From Octopus sinensis (lineage: Eukaryota): a DNA stretch of 64,000 nucleotides. A program made the translations under genes and the position numbers. The DNA lies in assembly GCF_006345805.1 (NCBI RefSeq), contig NC_043012.1, forward strand, positions 46,128,001-46,192,000, read 5' to 3'. Under the pieces are notes generated by a model, which saw only the letters and a list, made by a program, of their open reading frames with translations, made no database searches and was not told the DNA's origin. Shown piece by piece: positions 41,490-55,734 of this stretch (its first letter is position 1; each line of letters opens with the position of its first letter).

Positions 41490-43156
41490 GTAAAAAGTGA
41501 AAAAACTACAGAAGGCTTATTTTAAAAGGTTAAAAAATATATATTTGAGTCATTATGTCAGAAGAATGTTATAATTTGTTTTCATACAGTGACATAGTTT
41601 TTGAAGAAATTACCGGTTTCGTGGATAACTTTTCAAATTTCTCAAAGCATTGTTATGATTTCGTTCGTTGAGAAGTGTAAAGTAGAGTTCCAGGTAAGGG
41701 GAGGTAATAAGGGTGTAAGGGAGATAATCGCTTAACATTTCTTGCCGTTTTTTTAAATGTTTCTCTGTATAAGAATGTTAGAGTGGTTAAGTTTGGGTTT
41801 ATATTTTTCAATGAAGAATGTTTCCTTGTTTAGTCTAATTTGTGTTGGTGTTCCTATAGCACATTGATAAAATGGAAAGATTAAAAATTGTGGTAGTAGT
41901 TGCTTTGCGCATTTCTCAATAGGCTCACTAAAGGGTATCATTCTGTATTCTGGGAATGCAATCTGTTGTCGATGCAGTGTGCATCTACGTCTGAGTGATA
42001 GTCCCGTGGACCCCACGTAGTTTTGGTGGCAGCCCGAGCATCTTATGACATAAATTATGTTTTCAGAGGCACAAGTAAAATTAGATTTGATCTTGAATTT
42101 TTGTCCCTCTTTGAAGAGGAATTCTGATCCTTCTAGAAGGTTTGGACATGTTGCACAGTTTGTTCTACCACATTTTTTTACTTTTGCATCCCTAATTTCA
42201 GAAAGCAATTTTGCCTTTGTGAGAATCTTTTTAAGGGATTTAGTTTGTTTGTAGCTTTTAATGATTTTATGTATGTTTAGAATTTCCTTTAATTTGGGGT
42301 CCTTATGAAGTATTGGTAAATTCTGGGTGATGATGGTGAAGGCTTCTTTGTTTCTGGGGTTGTATGTGGATATGTAAGGCAGTATTTTCGGGGAAGGTGT
42401 GTTGTTGAACTTTCTGTGTCGATTTCTGTTGCACGTCTGATCCTATCTTCTATGTGTTGAGCTGAGTAGTGTCTGTCAATTAGGGTGTTTTTGAGTTCTT
42501 GTAGTCTAAAGTTCCTGGTATTTTGTTCTGACACTATTGTGCATATCCTTCTTGCAAGGTTGAAAGGGATGTTTGTTTTAGTGTGTCTTGGGTGGCATGA
42601 ATCAAAAAGTAGGTATTGTTTGGCGCCTGTGGCTTTGTAAAAAATGTCTGTTTCTATTTTAAGGTTAATTGTTTTAATTAGTATATCTAAGAATGGGAGC
42701 TCCTTTTGGTTGTATTCCATTGTGAACTGTATATTTGGGTTGATGCTGTTCAATAGGTTTGTGAATTTTAGGAGTTTATCTGTGTTTTCATTCCAAAGTA
42801 TAAAACAATCGTCCAGGAATCGTTTCCAATTCTCTTTTATGTATTGAGAGAGGGGGTTTCCAAAGGTTGATGAAGATTCCTGGTAAATAATTGTTAGGTT
42901 CGCAATGAATGGTGCTGCCCTTGTACCCATAGCAATTCCGGATTTTTGACGGTAAAATGAATTGTCAAACATGAAGTGGTTATTATGTAAGTTGAATTCA
43001 ACCGATTTAGTCATGAATTCTTTACTGATCCTTTTTGGTATTTCTGCCGGAAATTGGTCCAGCCAGAACTGTATTGCCTCTATATAATTTATATACCAGT
43101 ATACCTCATAATTATGGACTAGAGGCAATACAGTTCTGGCTGGACCAACCACGTGC
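41470..43156 (-). mobile_element. Penelope-like element (Poseidon-type): RT + GIY-YIG, 5'-truncated
   Basis: ORF 42289..43152 has YRQKSGIAMGTRAAP, WKRFLDDCF, LPFLDI and SCHPRHTK. ORF 41753..42208 has CGRTNCATC and NIIYVIRCSGCHQNYVGST...RLNKETFFI...PKLN. One frameshift lies between them. Confidence 0.95.
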
Positions 43157-43172
43157 TTTCACACACCAACTT

Positions 43173-43228
<56 letters not shown>

Positions 43229-43867
43229 GCAGGAGTGGCTGTGTGGTAAGTAGCTTGCTTGCCAACAACATGGTTCCGGGTTCAGTCTGGCAAATGTCTT
43301 CTACTGGCAAATGTCTTCTACTATAGCCTCGGGTCGACCAAAGCCTTGTGAGTGGATTTGGTAGACGGAAACTGAAAGAAGCCCGTCGTATATATGTATA
43401 TGTATATATATATGTGTGTGTGTGTGTGTTTGTGTGTGTCTGTGCTTGTCCCCCACACCACAACCGATGTTGGCGTGTTTACGTCCGGTTAGGCAAAAGA
43501 GATGGACAGAATAAATTTATGCAGGAACTTTTGACTCTTTTCATAGTGTTATTAAGTGTGTAGTGGTGGGGAGAGATATAAGATAGTACAAGAGAGTAAT
43601 GAATGGGGAGAAAGTGAGAGAGAGCATGTGTGTGTGTGCGTTACTATCTTATATCTCTCACCACCACTACACACTCAATAACCCTATAAAAAGAGTCAAA
43701 AATTCCTGCAAGAACTTCGTTCAATTTGACGACTCCACTAGTGTGGACGAAAGCGCTTTATGATATATGATATGTGATGTATAAAAACATGTAACATACA
43801 AATAAATATCTGTAAAAATAAAACCATCCGAATTTCTGAGTACCTCCTTTCTTCTAATATAAAATAT

Positions 43868-44100
43868 CTATTTCTTTACTACCCACAAGGGGCTAAACGC
43901 AGAGGGGACAAAGAAGGACAGACAAACGGATTAAGTCTATTACATCGTCCCCAGTGCGTAACTGGTACTTAGTTTATCGACCCCAAAAGGATGAAAGGCA
44001 AAGTCGACCTCGGCGGAATTTGAACTCAGAACATAACGGCAGACAAAATACAGCTAAGCATTTCGACTGGCGTGCTAACGTTTCTGCCAGCTCGCCGCCT
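43868..44100 (-). mobile_element. tRNA-type SINE family 2, full-length
   Basis: RC starts aggcggcgagctggcagaaacgttagcacg. Further degraded copies at about 51560-51720 (-), 53089-53260 (+) and 53705-53890 (+). Confidence 0.9.
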
Positions 44101-44558
44101 TCATTACATACACACATACATACACACATACATACATACATACATACATACATATGTATATATATTATATAATTAGGGCTTAGTAAAATAAATTACTTTG
44201 TCACATACTGAACTTAGTAGAAATAGCAGCCAAAAAAAGCCATTTCTACTACTTATACACACATACATACACATACATATATACATGACGAGCTTTTTTC
44301 AGTTTCCGTTTACCAAATCCACTCACAAGGCTTTGGTCGGCCTGAGGCTATAGTAGAAGACACTTTCCCTAAGTGTCACGCACTGTGACTGAACCCGGAA
44401 CCATGTGGTTGATAATCAAGCTAATTACCACACAGCACATATATATACTTACATACATGTGTATGTATATATATATATACTCATTATCACTGTGGAAACC
44501 ATGTAGGCAGACGGTAAGAAGCTTTTCTTCGTCTCGAAGCTGATAGAGGTTCCTTGTA

Positions 44559-44639
44559 TTTCCTGATGAGAAGACGGCATAATGCAACCTTCATTCCTTC
44601 AGAATTAAGAATATACCGTCTTCGAAACATATGTCGAAA
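44559..44639 (+). ncRNA. Type I hammerhead ribozyme motif (family A, fully canonical core)
   Basis: tttc CTGATGA gaagacgg...ccgtcttc GAAAC atat GTC gaaa. Stem I 4 bp, stem II 8 bp perfect, stem III ACATATGT, predicted cut after 44635. Confidence 0.85.
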
Positions 44640-44889
44640 GCAAATGAATTTTGATAAAATCTTCGTTCGACTCCATTCTTTTCATTTATATATATATATA
44701 TATATAATCCGTATAATGAAGGGTGAAATTAATTAATTTGGAAAAATTATCAATTACACCAAGTAGTCTTCGGCATGTAAAAGCCTCATTTTAGTAGAAG
44801 AAATAGCTATAACCCTTTGACTGCTATTCTAAATTCGGTATGTGGTAAGGCAACTCGTGCTAAACCCTTATTGCTTAGTATATATATAT

Positions 44890-44944
<55 letters not shown>

Positions 44945-45148
44945 GTATGTACGTGTATGTGTGTATATGTGTATGTATATTATTGTTGTCATTTATTCTA
45001 TTCGTAATTAAAACAGAATAGAGTGTCTTGACTCTTTCCAAGGCCACGGTCATCCCTCTCATTGGGCGCCTGTAGTAGTAAACACATTTGACCTCTGCTG
45101 ACCGCAAGCGTGTTACGCTTCTTTGGCTAACTGATCGCACTACTACTA

Positions 45149-45191
<43 letters not shown>

Positions 45192-45399
45192 AGCTGATAC
45201 AGTTACTGATAATAATAACGATGATACTGACTTGCCAAGAGACAAACACGAGACATCATTTACATCCTGCTGACAGAACATATACAATCCCATTACCACT
45301 TCTGCCAACGCCATCACCATCCTACTGGAAATAGCTCGGAGACTGCTTGATGATTCTGTCTTTTGTCTTCCTGTTTCTCTCTCTCTCTCTGGCTGTCAA

Positions 45400-48300
45400 T
45401 TCAATATACGCCTCTTTTTACGACGCTATATGAAATGTGTGGGCCTGCCTTTTGATATGTTCCAAGCGGCAGGTCATGAAATGTACTTATTTAAAACCTC
45501 TCAAGATTAATCCTACCCACCCCAGTAAATGATGATGCTTTGGACCTCTGAACCTTACCCAAGGAACAAGATAACTGGTTTACTCTGTGCGCTTATAATA
45601 CGGCCCTGGATACCATAGAAATATCCACTAGAACCCATGTCGTTCGAAGAGCGCGTTCATCAGTGACCTAAGGTTCTGAACTCGAAAAGACTTTAAATCA
45701 GAACGAACTTCCTCAAGAACTTGTAGCAAATCAAGTCAGGGATATTCCTGAAACTGATGCCCAGGATCAACTCCCAAACCTGCCTCTAAGAAATAGAAAT
45801 ACAAAGTTGAAATAGACTAAGGAGGAATATATCGAAGTTATGCACGCATTCATTTATATCCACAGGCAAAATGTTCTGGAACCAGTAACTCGAACCAGCA
45901 AAATAGGTACACAGAACACTGTGAAAGTGGACCACCAGTTGATACTAAAAACACTATAAATGATCAGGTCAGCAATGAACTGTTAGATAGAATACTAGAA
46001 TAATATCTAATACAACTGCATCATCCTTTCCACGAAAGATCCCCACTTCTCAAAATTATTAATACTAATAACAACAGAAAAGCAATTAAAGAAGTTGATT
46101 AAGCACTTGGAGAGCTGATACAACTTCTTAAAAATAGTAGAGAAAATGCCCTCGGAGTGATTGATCAACTCCTTTACTCAGCTGCTTATGTTGCAACTCA
46201 GAAATGCGGTATTAAAATTAGAGACAAAAAAGTGCAATGTACACAAACAGCCTGCATGGATGGAAAGGATAAACCAGCAAATATATCTTTTTCTACTTGA
46301 AACAAGCAAAAGGGAAAACTAATAAACCCAATAAACTAATAAGAATATTTTCTAACCATGACTTTTACAAGAAAACAAAGGATACACAGTTTGAAATCCT
46401 CAAACAAAAATACAATTAAAAACTGAACGACTGGCAAGATATAAAAGAAAACATGCTCAGTATTCCTTAGACAAAACTTATTATTCAAGGAGAACACAAA
46501 AAATTCTACAGGGAACTGGGGGGAAATACCATTATTGTGGAAACACCTTATCCATAGCAGCAAACTGAAGATTTCTTTGAAAAACATTTGGGAAAATTCA
46601 AAGCAGTTTAATCAGAATGCACGTTGGGTCAGGGACATGGAAGAGGCCAATTCCCACCTCAAATATCAAAAATGGCAGGATACAACAAATGAAATGAAAG
46701 CGTCGCTCACTAAGTCAAAGAAATGGAAATCTCCCAGGTATAGATAAGATTCCAAATTTTTGGTTAAACCCTTTAATGAGCTCTCACCACTCAATGAAGT
46801 CATGTCCAACTCTGTGAAAGCCCCGAAATGGCTTACCTGAGGGATTACATATATCTTACCAAAAACAGAAGAAACTTTAAAACCCCAAATGTACCAGCGC
46901 ATAACATGCATCACCACCATATATAAACTGTTAACGTCTATAATAGTGAATAGAGCATATGAATTATTGGACAACAACAGGTCATTCCCAGTGGAACAAT
47001 ATGGATGCAAAAGGAGTTCATATGGATGTAAGGACCAATTACTGATGGATAAAATGGTCATTGAAAATTGCAATTCCAAGTGCAGTAACCTTAGCACCGC
47101 TTGAATATATTACAAGGTTTATGACGGTGTTCCTTATGTATGGATCATCAAGGCCCCGGAAAATTACAATATAGCTCCAACAATTGTGAACATTTTAAAT
47201 GTAATCGGGAATTCGTGGAGAACCGCCCTTATTTTAAACCATACATAAGGATATACCACTTCACCAGACATCAATATCACCTGTTGTATCACCATTACTA
47301 TTCTGCCTCGTTCTGTCCCCATCATCTGCGCAACTGAATAATGCTAAGAGAGTGTATAGGATCTTTGACCAGAAAATTAATTATCTACTCTATATAGATG
47401 ATCTAAAACTGTTTGCCAAAAACAACAAAGAATTAGAAATTCTGAGTATTGTCAAAGAATTCAGCTCTGATATGGGTATGGAATTCGGACTTGATGATTG
47501 TACAAAGGCTACTTTCATGGTAGGGTAGTTCATAAAGCTAGAAAACATAGAACTTGATACTACCACAGCTATTCGAAACCTAGACCAATCCGAAGTATAC
47601 AAATATCTGAGAACCAATGAAGGTGAAGTTATCCAGCACTCTAAAATGAAAGAGATAATCCGCAAAGAATGATACCAAAGGGTAAGAATGGTCCTAAACT
47701 CAGAATTAAATGCTGTTAACAGAATTAATGTGATAAATTCATTGGCCATACCAGTAACCACATAGAATCTCCCAAGAAAAATAGGTGGAAGAGGCCTGAG
47801 ATAGCTCGAACAATCCTTCAAATCAGCAACAATAGGCCTTAAAACGTACCTTAATACTCTTACAAACTGCCCTGAGCCAAACAAGCTTCAGTCATGAAGC
47901 TTAGTAAGAAATTAGTAAGAAATTTCAAATGTCTCTTGGCCTACAAGTTAACAATAAGAATGACCAAAGACACCCAAATACTGACAGATCTACCATTGCT
48001 TCTTCTGATTTACAAATTAACAATCAGAAAGACCAACGAGATCCAAATAATGACAAACCTATCATTGATGCAAAAGACATCAAACAAAACCAAAGAAGGC
48101 TTTCATAAATAATATCGAAGACAATTAGAAAGGTAAATTCCTGCATGGAAAATACCCTAACCGCTTATCCAAGCCTGATATTGATCAATGGCTACAAGGG
48201 ACAGGTCTGAAAAGGTCTTTTATTGCAGCGCAATATTAGAGCTTAGATACCGAAAAGTACCATGCAAACGTCCTTAAAGACGGATCTGAACCCCCGTGCA

Positions 48301-48990
48301 GAATTTGCGGAACATTAACAGAGATAATTGATCATGTTGTTTCTGGTTGCCCAGCCCTCGCTGAAAAAGAGTACCTCATAAGACATTACAGACTAGTGCA
48401 GTATACACATCGGAATGCTTGTAAATACTACAAAATTATATTCCATGATAAATGGTACAGACACCATCTAGAGGATGTAGTAAATGGCGATGGCGCCATC
48501 TTACTTTGGAACTTCTCAATACAAACAGACGGAAAAATTGACTCCAATAGACCAGACATTATAATCAAGAACTACAACAGAGGAACTTTTCTGTTAATAG
48601 ATATGTCTGTCCCACAAGATCAAAATGTCTCAAGAAAGGAATACGAAAATATTTCTCATTATAAAGAGCTACAAATTGAAATCACAATACTGTGACCAAA
48701 GACACCAGAATACTGACAGATCTACCATTGCTTCTTCTGATTTACAAATCAACAATCAGAAAGGCCAACGATAATACCAGTAGTAATTGGTGGGTTAAGA
48801 ATGATAAAGTTAAAAGATAACCTTGATGGGTACAGCTCATACACTACGGAAAGCACCCTCCAACTAAAGTGGAATAAATGTGTTGATAATTTTCGCATTC
48901 ATAGCAAAACAAATGTGCCCTTGCTACTCTTGGCCTCCGGAGGATGTCCGGTGTTAAGGCAACTGAAATATAGTTATACAGAAAATAAAC
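45400..48990 (+). mobile_element. Near full-length but inactivated R4/Dong-like RLE LINE
   Basis: TKEEYIEVM (N-terminal), YQRITCITTIYKLLT..EQYGCKRSSYGCKDQLL (RT), YIDDLKLF, CRICGTLTEIIDHVVSGCPALA (CCHC) and NRPDIII...LIDMSVP (RLE). Ends in (CAA)n(TAA)n. Confidence 0.9.
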
Positions 48991-48992
48991 CA

Positions 48993-48996
48993 TAAT

Positions 48997-49035
<39 letters not shown>

Positions 49036-49044
49036 AATAATGAA

Positions 49045-49106
<62 letters not shown>

Positions 49107-49110
49107 TAAT
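48993..49110. repeat. (CAA)n(TAA)n microsatellite
   Basis: Read directly. Confidence 0.95.
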
Positions 49111-49620
49111 TCCTAAACGAAACCAAAAGGGATAATGGACTGATAGTAACTATATTGACGTACTATATGCACTCTACAATGCAACACTATACCCAATAAT
49201 AAAAGAAGCATGAGATATGAAAGAAAAGTGGTGAAGGTATGAGGAAAAAGAAAATACACTTACAAACACCCGATGATATATCTTACAAGAAACTCGTAAA
49301 TAAAATATCCAATAAAGTAAGCAAATTCCACAACATGTACTCCACAGGTTGGGTACTCAACTGTAGAGCAGAACTCTCATTGCACACACTACACAATGCA
49401 AGCGCTAATACAACAAATGACTCAATTCAAATCCTGTAACAAAACATAAGAATTGCCATAGAATCCCGGGAAGCTTCTGTACTTCCCAAACGTGCTTGGA
49501 AAGATCAGCACTCAACTACCAACATGGCCCAAAACGATTTGTACAAATGCAAAGTTAGAAGACCTGCAAAAATTATCATTGAACTGCGAGAGTTCTTCAC
49601 ATGGTTTCTGAAGCATGATC
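49110..49620 (+). mobile_element. Probable second R4/Dong-like N-terminal fragment
   Basis: WTDSNYIDVLYALYNATLYP resembles the KWT.EE.IEVM region at about 45815. Starts right after (TAA)n. Confidence 0.4.
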
Positions 49621-49744
49621 GGTGAACCTTAATTCACTATACATACTCATTAAATTTCGTTGAGATATGCTTGGATTAACTGTAGTAAAAGATAACTTTT
49701 CCTTCGATTTTGCCAATTTCTGATTTAAACTCTTCCAGGACCTC

Positions 49745-50230
49745 ATCACTCCTGAAGGAGGAATCCCTCCCTAGACCATTTTATGTGTGGCCAGTCATTA
49801 CCATGTAGGCCTCAGGTAGCTGGTGAGATCATTTTGCCATCTTGTCTTTGGTCGGCTTCTTGATTCTATCCATTGCCTTGGTGACCATTCCGTCACAATG
49901 ACTGTCCATTTTATGTCCTTCGGTCGTATAATGTGGGCAGCCCGTCTATGTATGCTCTCCTTCATGGCTCTTAAGATTCCGTTACCTCTCGGGTCATGTC
50001 ATCTACAGGCGTTGGTTTTCTTTTCCCTCATGTGACGATTCATTCCAGTTTCCATTGAGCTACAATGAGGGCGTTCATGATTGTAGTGTTAAGAGCTGAG
50101 CTCAAGTTTCGCTGACGTATATCATCACTGCCAGGATGTAACTATTGAAGATCTTTCCTTTAATTTTCATGGAAACCTTGAAATTTTTCATGATATTTTC
50201 CAACTTTGCAAAGGTCGCTTGGCGAAGTGG
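49745..50230 (-). mobile_element. RTE-clade LINE 3' fragment
   Basis: KIKGKIFNSYILAVMIYVSET (ORF 50102..50413), followed by decayed RTE C-terminal motifs. Confidence 0.7.
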
Positions 50231-53200
50231 TATACTTATCTTGATCTCTGGTAGGAGAGTTCTGCATTTCCCCACCGTCTTCCTTAGGTAATCGTGTGGG
50301 AGCGGCGTATACGCGTGGGAGGTATTGCAAGCCCGACGTATCCATGCATGAGGTAAAACTCCCCAAAATGGCTCGCCCGCTCGCACTGCCAAGCGTGGCC
50401 AGTATGACAACACCTCTGGATGATATACACTAAATCTGATCTAACGTGAACATAAAATATAAATTGTGTTCTATTGTGGTGAGTTCTCTAATGTCAAAGT
50501 TGGTGTACTCTTAAATTGCAAACTCGATTTATCGTCAGATATCGTTTTATTATACTCGAAAAATTGGAATTCATTAATCATTAATTGTAGAGAAAAATCC
50601 TGTCACCTATATAGTTATTTTTATGTTCTTTTATTTTAACTTTCAGCATGACCTATCTAACTATAGAATGTTATATCGGAATATGTAAGCTATCACTGAT
50701 ATCAAATTAAACATTATAAACTTCCTGTGACGTAAATGGTATTAAAGTTTACCTTCGCCACGTACTACGTTCTGAACGTTAACCCAATGTTCGCCACACT
50801 AGTATTATATATATTTGTTATGTGATAATACATTAACTGAAAACAATGTTGATGAATCTCTAGCAAAGCTCGACTTACATATGCCTAATCCTATCAAGTT
50901 TAGGTAATAATGTTGCGCGTTTAAATACAGGTTTTAGCACAATTGAGAAAGAGTTACAGACAGGAATACTGCTATCAAGGAATGAAATATATACAGTGTT
51001 AGTTCATAATAGTTTTTCTTTCTAATTATATAGAGATTTAGATTTATTAGATGCGTATTTACATTTGTTTTCTTAATTTTTTTCTAATTAAATATTCAAT
51101 GAAATGAATTTAGGGAACAATTTGATTTAACTAATTTGAAATGAGAATCGATCACGTCAGAATATTCATAAATTTAAATGTCGCTATATATACTCATTAT
51201 TCAATTTCCATTTCGTGATACGGATATCCTCAGCTGGAAAACTTGGTAATTCATTATACGCTGTATTGCGTTTTCTCTTCCGGAAAACGTATCTAATGCA
51301 TATATTATCATAAACATCTAGTTAGAATGCAAGACAGTTTAAAACAATACATCTAAAGAAAAATGAATGTCACGCAGCGTGACTATCAACTACTGAAGCA
51401 CAAGTCGCATACAGTTTGGTAATTTTCAGCTTTGATCTCTGTTCCTGTTTCAAGTATTCGAAATACTTCATGATATAATGTAAATAGAATAGAAATATAT
51501 ACTTATAAAAATTAGCTACCAATTCAAATATTGATTTCAAATTTTGGTACAAGGTGAGCAATTTCGGAGGCGGAGGTAGATCAATTACATCGACTGCTAC
51601 TTTTATCGGCACCGAAAGGATGAAAAACAAAGTAGACCTCGTCGGAATTTGAACTCAGAACGTGGATATAGACAAAATGCCGCTATTTTGACCGGGATAT
51701 GAGCGATTCAGTCAGCCCGTTACTATATTCCCAATATTGAACCGTGGTGATTAATTCTTCTCGAAAAATATGTGGAATTTATCAGCCATTTATCAATAGA
51801 TTTATTAAAATGGCTCCTGAGCAGGAATTATACATGGTTTCGTTACTAAGTGAGAAAAGCAAGCAAGTTTCCATAAAAGATGTAGAAGAATTCATATTGT
51901 ATAATGTGATAATAGATATACAATGTATGATTAAAACACAGGATTGCTATCGATGTAACAACTTCTAACGTAGGACTATACGATCACCGGCTAATTTGTA
52001 ACCAAAATTAGTGAACGCGACGACAGACAGGCCGACAAAGAGAGTACGCAAAACAAGAAACCCTTGGAAATTTAACTTCTTTTATCCTTACAGTATGTTA
52101 ATTTTCCTAATACGAATTTTGCGTGTACACACACACATACACATATGCGTACATACACAATGGTTTCAAATTAATTTGTGTAATGTCCCCGCTTGATCAG
52201 CATACGTGTGGCTTTTGAGCCCTACTATGCTTCTTGCTTCATGTGTTACAATGTAAAGCGTCCCGTGTGTGGGTGGATAATTTGAGGGATTTTAAAGCCT
52301 GCTTTCCCAAGACAGACATGTTCATGCTTGTTCCATGTTAATTTTGTGTGTCGGTATACTCAGGTTAAGTCACAGCAAGACACAAGCATGTCTCTTCAGC
52401 TCTTCATGCTAGATACAATTTCGTTGGAACGACTTATTCACATGATACACTGCACCACAATGAGCGATATAGACCGAGGTTTTTCCCTCCATTTACAAAA
52501 AGTTTTAACTACAAGTGTATTTCGTTTTGTGAGCAGGGAAGAAGCTCATAATCAGTGGTATTCATCGTAAAATGTCTAATCAAGGTAATAATAAACATAA
52601 GGTCTTTCTTCGGTTACGTAAGTTTAATTATAATTTGTGAAAGAAAATTTACTGAGAAGAATAGTTTATTATTTTTTATACGAAAACTTTTTCATTGACA
52701 AACAGACAGAACATGTACATCAATTCTACAGAATAATTTATATTACATGACACCTATATAAACATCTAATTAAGAAAGGTGACATTTCTTGATTGAAACC
52801 TCTTCAAAGAATTCTTGCAAAAATTCTCCTTTTCCCCCTTACAAACCTTAGTTCCAATTAGGGAAAGATGGCAGAAATTAAGAGTATTTGCTTTGAAGAA
52901 TGTAACACGAATGTAAAAATTCAGCATTCAGCTTCACTTCAGTGTTAATGATTACAGTTATGTAAAATCATTCGAATGAAGCATTTTGTAAATGAAATGC
53001 CTTATTTCATAAGCGCCGCTCGAATATGTGTTCTACAGTACTTTGCTTATACATGAATATTCCTTCAATAAAATATATTCTACACCAACGTGGCGAGCTG
53101 GCAGAACCGTTAGCACGCCGGGCGAAATGTTTGGCGTTTTTTTTTTTTTGTCTGTCTTTACGTTCTGAGTTCAAATTCCGTCGGGGTCGACTTTGCCTTT

Positions 53201-55734
53201 CATCATTTCGGGTTTGATAAATTAAGTACCAGTTGCATATTAAGGTCGATCAAATTTGGGGCCAAGAGTAGAAGACACGTTCTAGCATCTTTTTTTTTTC
53301 TGACTACACCTTCCGTTAGAAGATTCCATTATTTTGCAGAAGGTCGATTTGGAATGTGCTACAATGATACACAAGAGTAAATCTATTTGCCCCCATTTCC
53401 AAGTTTCCCTACATTTCCATAAAGTTGGACGTCTAAATCGATCTGACATCAACTATTCAACGTTACTGAATATCATACCAGTTCATGATAAATTATGGTG
53501 CCTGTGCATTGTAGAACACACTTATCCGCCCCCGCTCAATTCTTTCAAATAAACTTCAGCAACCAATATATGCACTTATATATCCTTATTATTCTGAATT
53601 CAACTATCCTCCGTGTCAATATACACACACACCTCCAAGCTATTATCAGACTCTCCCACATTTCTTATTTATATAAAAAAAGAAACAGAGAAAGAAAAAA
53701 ATGTGAACTGGCAGAATCTGTATCACACCAGGCAAAGTGATTAGCAGCATTTCGTCCGACATTTGAGTTCAAATTCCACCGAGTCGACTTATACTTTCAG
53801 AGTCTATAAAATAAGTACCATTTGAGTACTGGACTGGTTGTAATCAACTATCCTCTCTACCAAAATTTCAGACTATGAGCCTCTAGTAGAAAGAATTATA
53901 AAATATATAGATAATAAAAATAATATCGGAAACAATATTTCCTTCACAAACTTAAATATGTATCTATTTAATGCCTGTTCTAATCAGAAATATAAATATA
54001 AAAAAGTATATTGGATATATCCTTTGAGTTCTTTTATCTTAGTATTTGTTTAAAATTACATGCCACGGTAAATCTAATGTGTAAACATTTCTAAATTATT
54101 TTAATCACCTTCAATAAGAAATATTACTGAAAGAGAAAATAGCCGGTTTCCTGAAACATTCAGAGAATAAGGTGTATATTATAAGCAAAGAAATTCTGGA
54201 GAGTAAATAGCATTAATTCAGTATATGCAAAACTATTTTTTTTATCTCAGTTAAAAATACATTTGACCACATTATAGTTATAAACAAAAATTCTCAAACA
54301 GTATTCTTGTATCACTTCAAATACCACCAAATATTGCCAAGGAATACACGGGTAGAAACAAGGTTTTCATACATTTGAAAGTTATTGCTTTTCGTTATTA
54401 ATTTAACTTCATTTCCATATTGCATAATAGTATTATCTATCTATAAAGTGTAGATTATTCTAGGAAATACAAAAATGTTAAATCGTATATCAATCAATTC
54501 CAATAAATTATTGGTTCAACAAAATACCGATATCATGTATGCAATTTGCTCTTTCCAATTTATATAATTCACGTGATGCGTGTTTAAGTGAAATACATAT
54601 ATAAATTTGAGACTGTCTACATTGTTGGCTAAAATCTATGAATATTTACCTACCAGTGATACATTAAAATAACTTCAAACGTTAGTGGATATGAAACAGG
54701 CAATCTCGCTTCCTTGAGATCCGAAGCGCAGAGAAACTGTCGCAGAATGCAGCAATAGTTATCAATTAGTAAAAAGCTTTCACGATTATTTAGTTAATCT
54801 GCAGAGTAAACACTTTACAGAAGAAAGACAAAGAGTTAAAAATAAATAAATAAATAAATAGTTCCACATTCCTGAATACCTTAGGCTCATTGGCATATAA
54901 ATAGCCCCAAGTTTCTTTCAAACCTTCAGACAGATATTCTAATTGGCTACAGCGTTCATTTGATTATGCAATCTTTAGGGATTTCTCTTTAAGTTTATTC
55001 CTTGCATGCAAAGTAAGTGCCATGATCAGAGAAAATGAATTATGGTAATTCGCTAAATTAGTTGCCAACGAAAACAGACCAGCATACAAAAATACCGCAA
55101 ACAAACAATACACTAAGCCTTACGTTTCTTCACTTTCTTTCCTTGGAAAAAAGAAAATATATGTGTGTGTAATATTTCTCTTCGTTTGTCTGTCAAGCAT
55201 ACACTCAAGAGAACGTGTTTTAATCATATTTACAGTTGACTGTAGCGAATAACTATAAACATTAACATGCTATATGTGGTAACTAAAGAACAATAAGAAA
55301 ATGCAAAACGTATATACTGAATTATAACAACTCGAAATAATAATAATAAAAAAAAAAACTAAATATAATCATGCTGTTATTGAAGATGAGCATGCGAATA
55401 TGCATGTATTTACATATTAACACCCGTCCCTCCTGGCATCGTAGATAATTAAGTTTAATATATTTCATCACAGAAAATCTTGTACTCGCTAGACACATTT
55501 GATTTTATAAGATTAATGACTGAGATCCCTAGAATGAGAAATATTGTTCTAGTACAAGTCCGGCCAAATATGCAGGCATCATTAATGGCTAATATCTTTC
55601 TCCAGAACCCGAATATCACGCAACATCATTTTGTAACAATAAAAAGTATTTAATCTTAGGATCATATCCGTTCACTTCCACTTAAGAGCGGTCGCCGCTT
55701 TCACATATAAACTGCAATATATAGATCAGATTAA

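Noticed and set aside
50300-50420. GC-rich segment upstream of the RTE fragment as a possible HDV-like ribozyme
   Set aside because: I could not build the nested double pseudoknot by eye; only a simple imperfect hairpin is evident.
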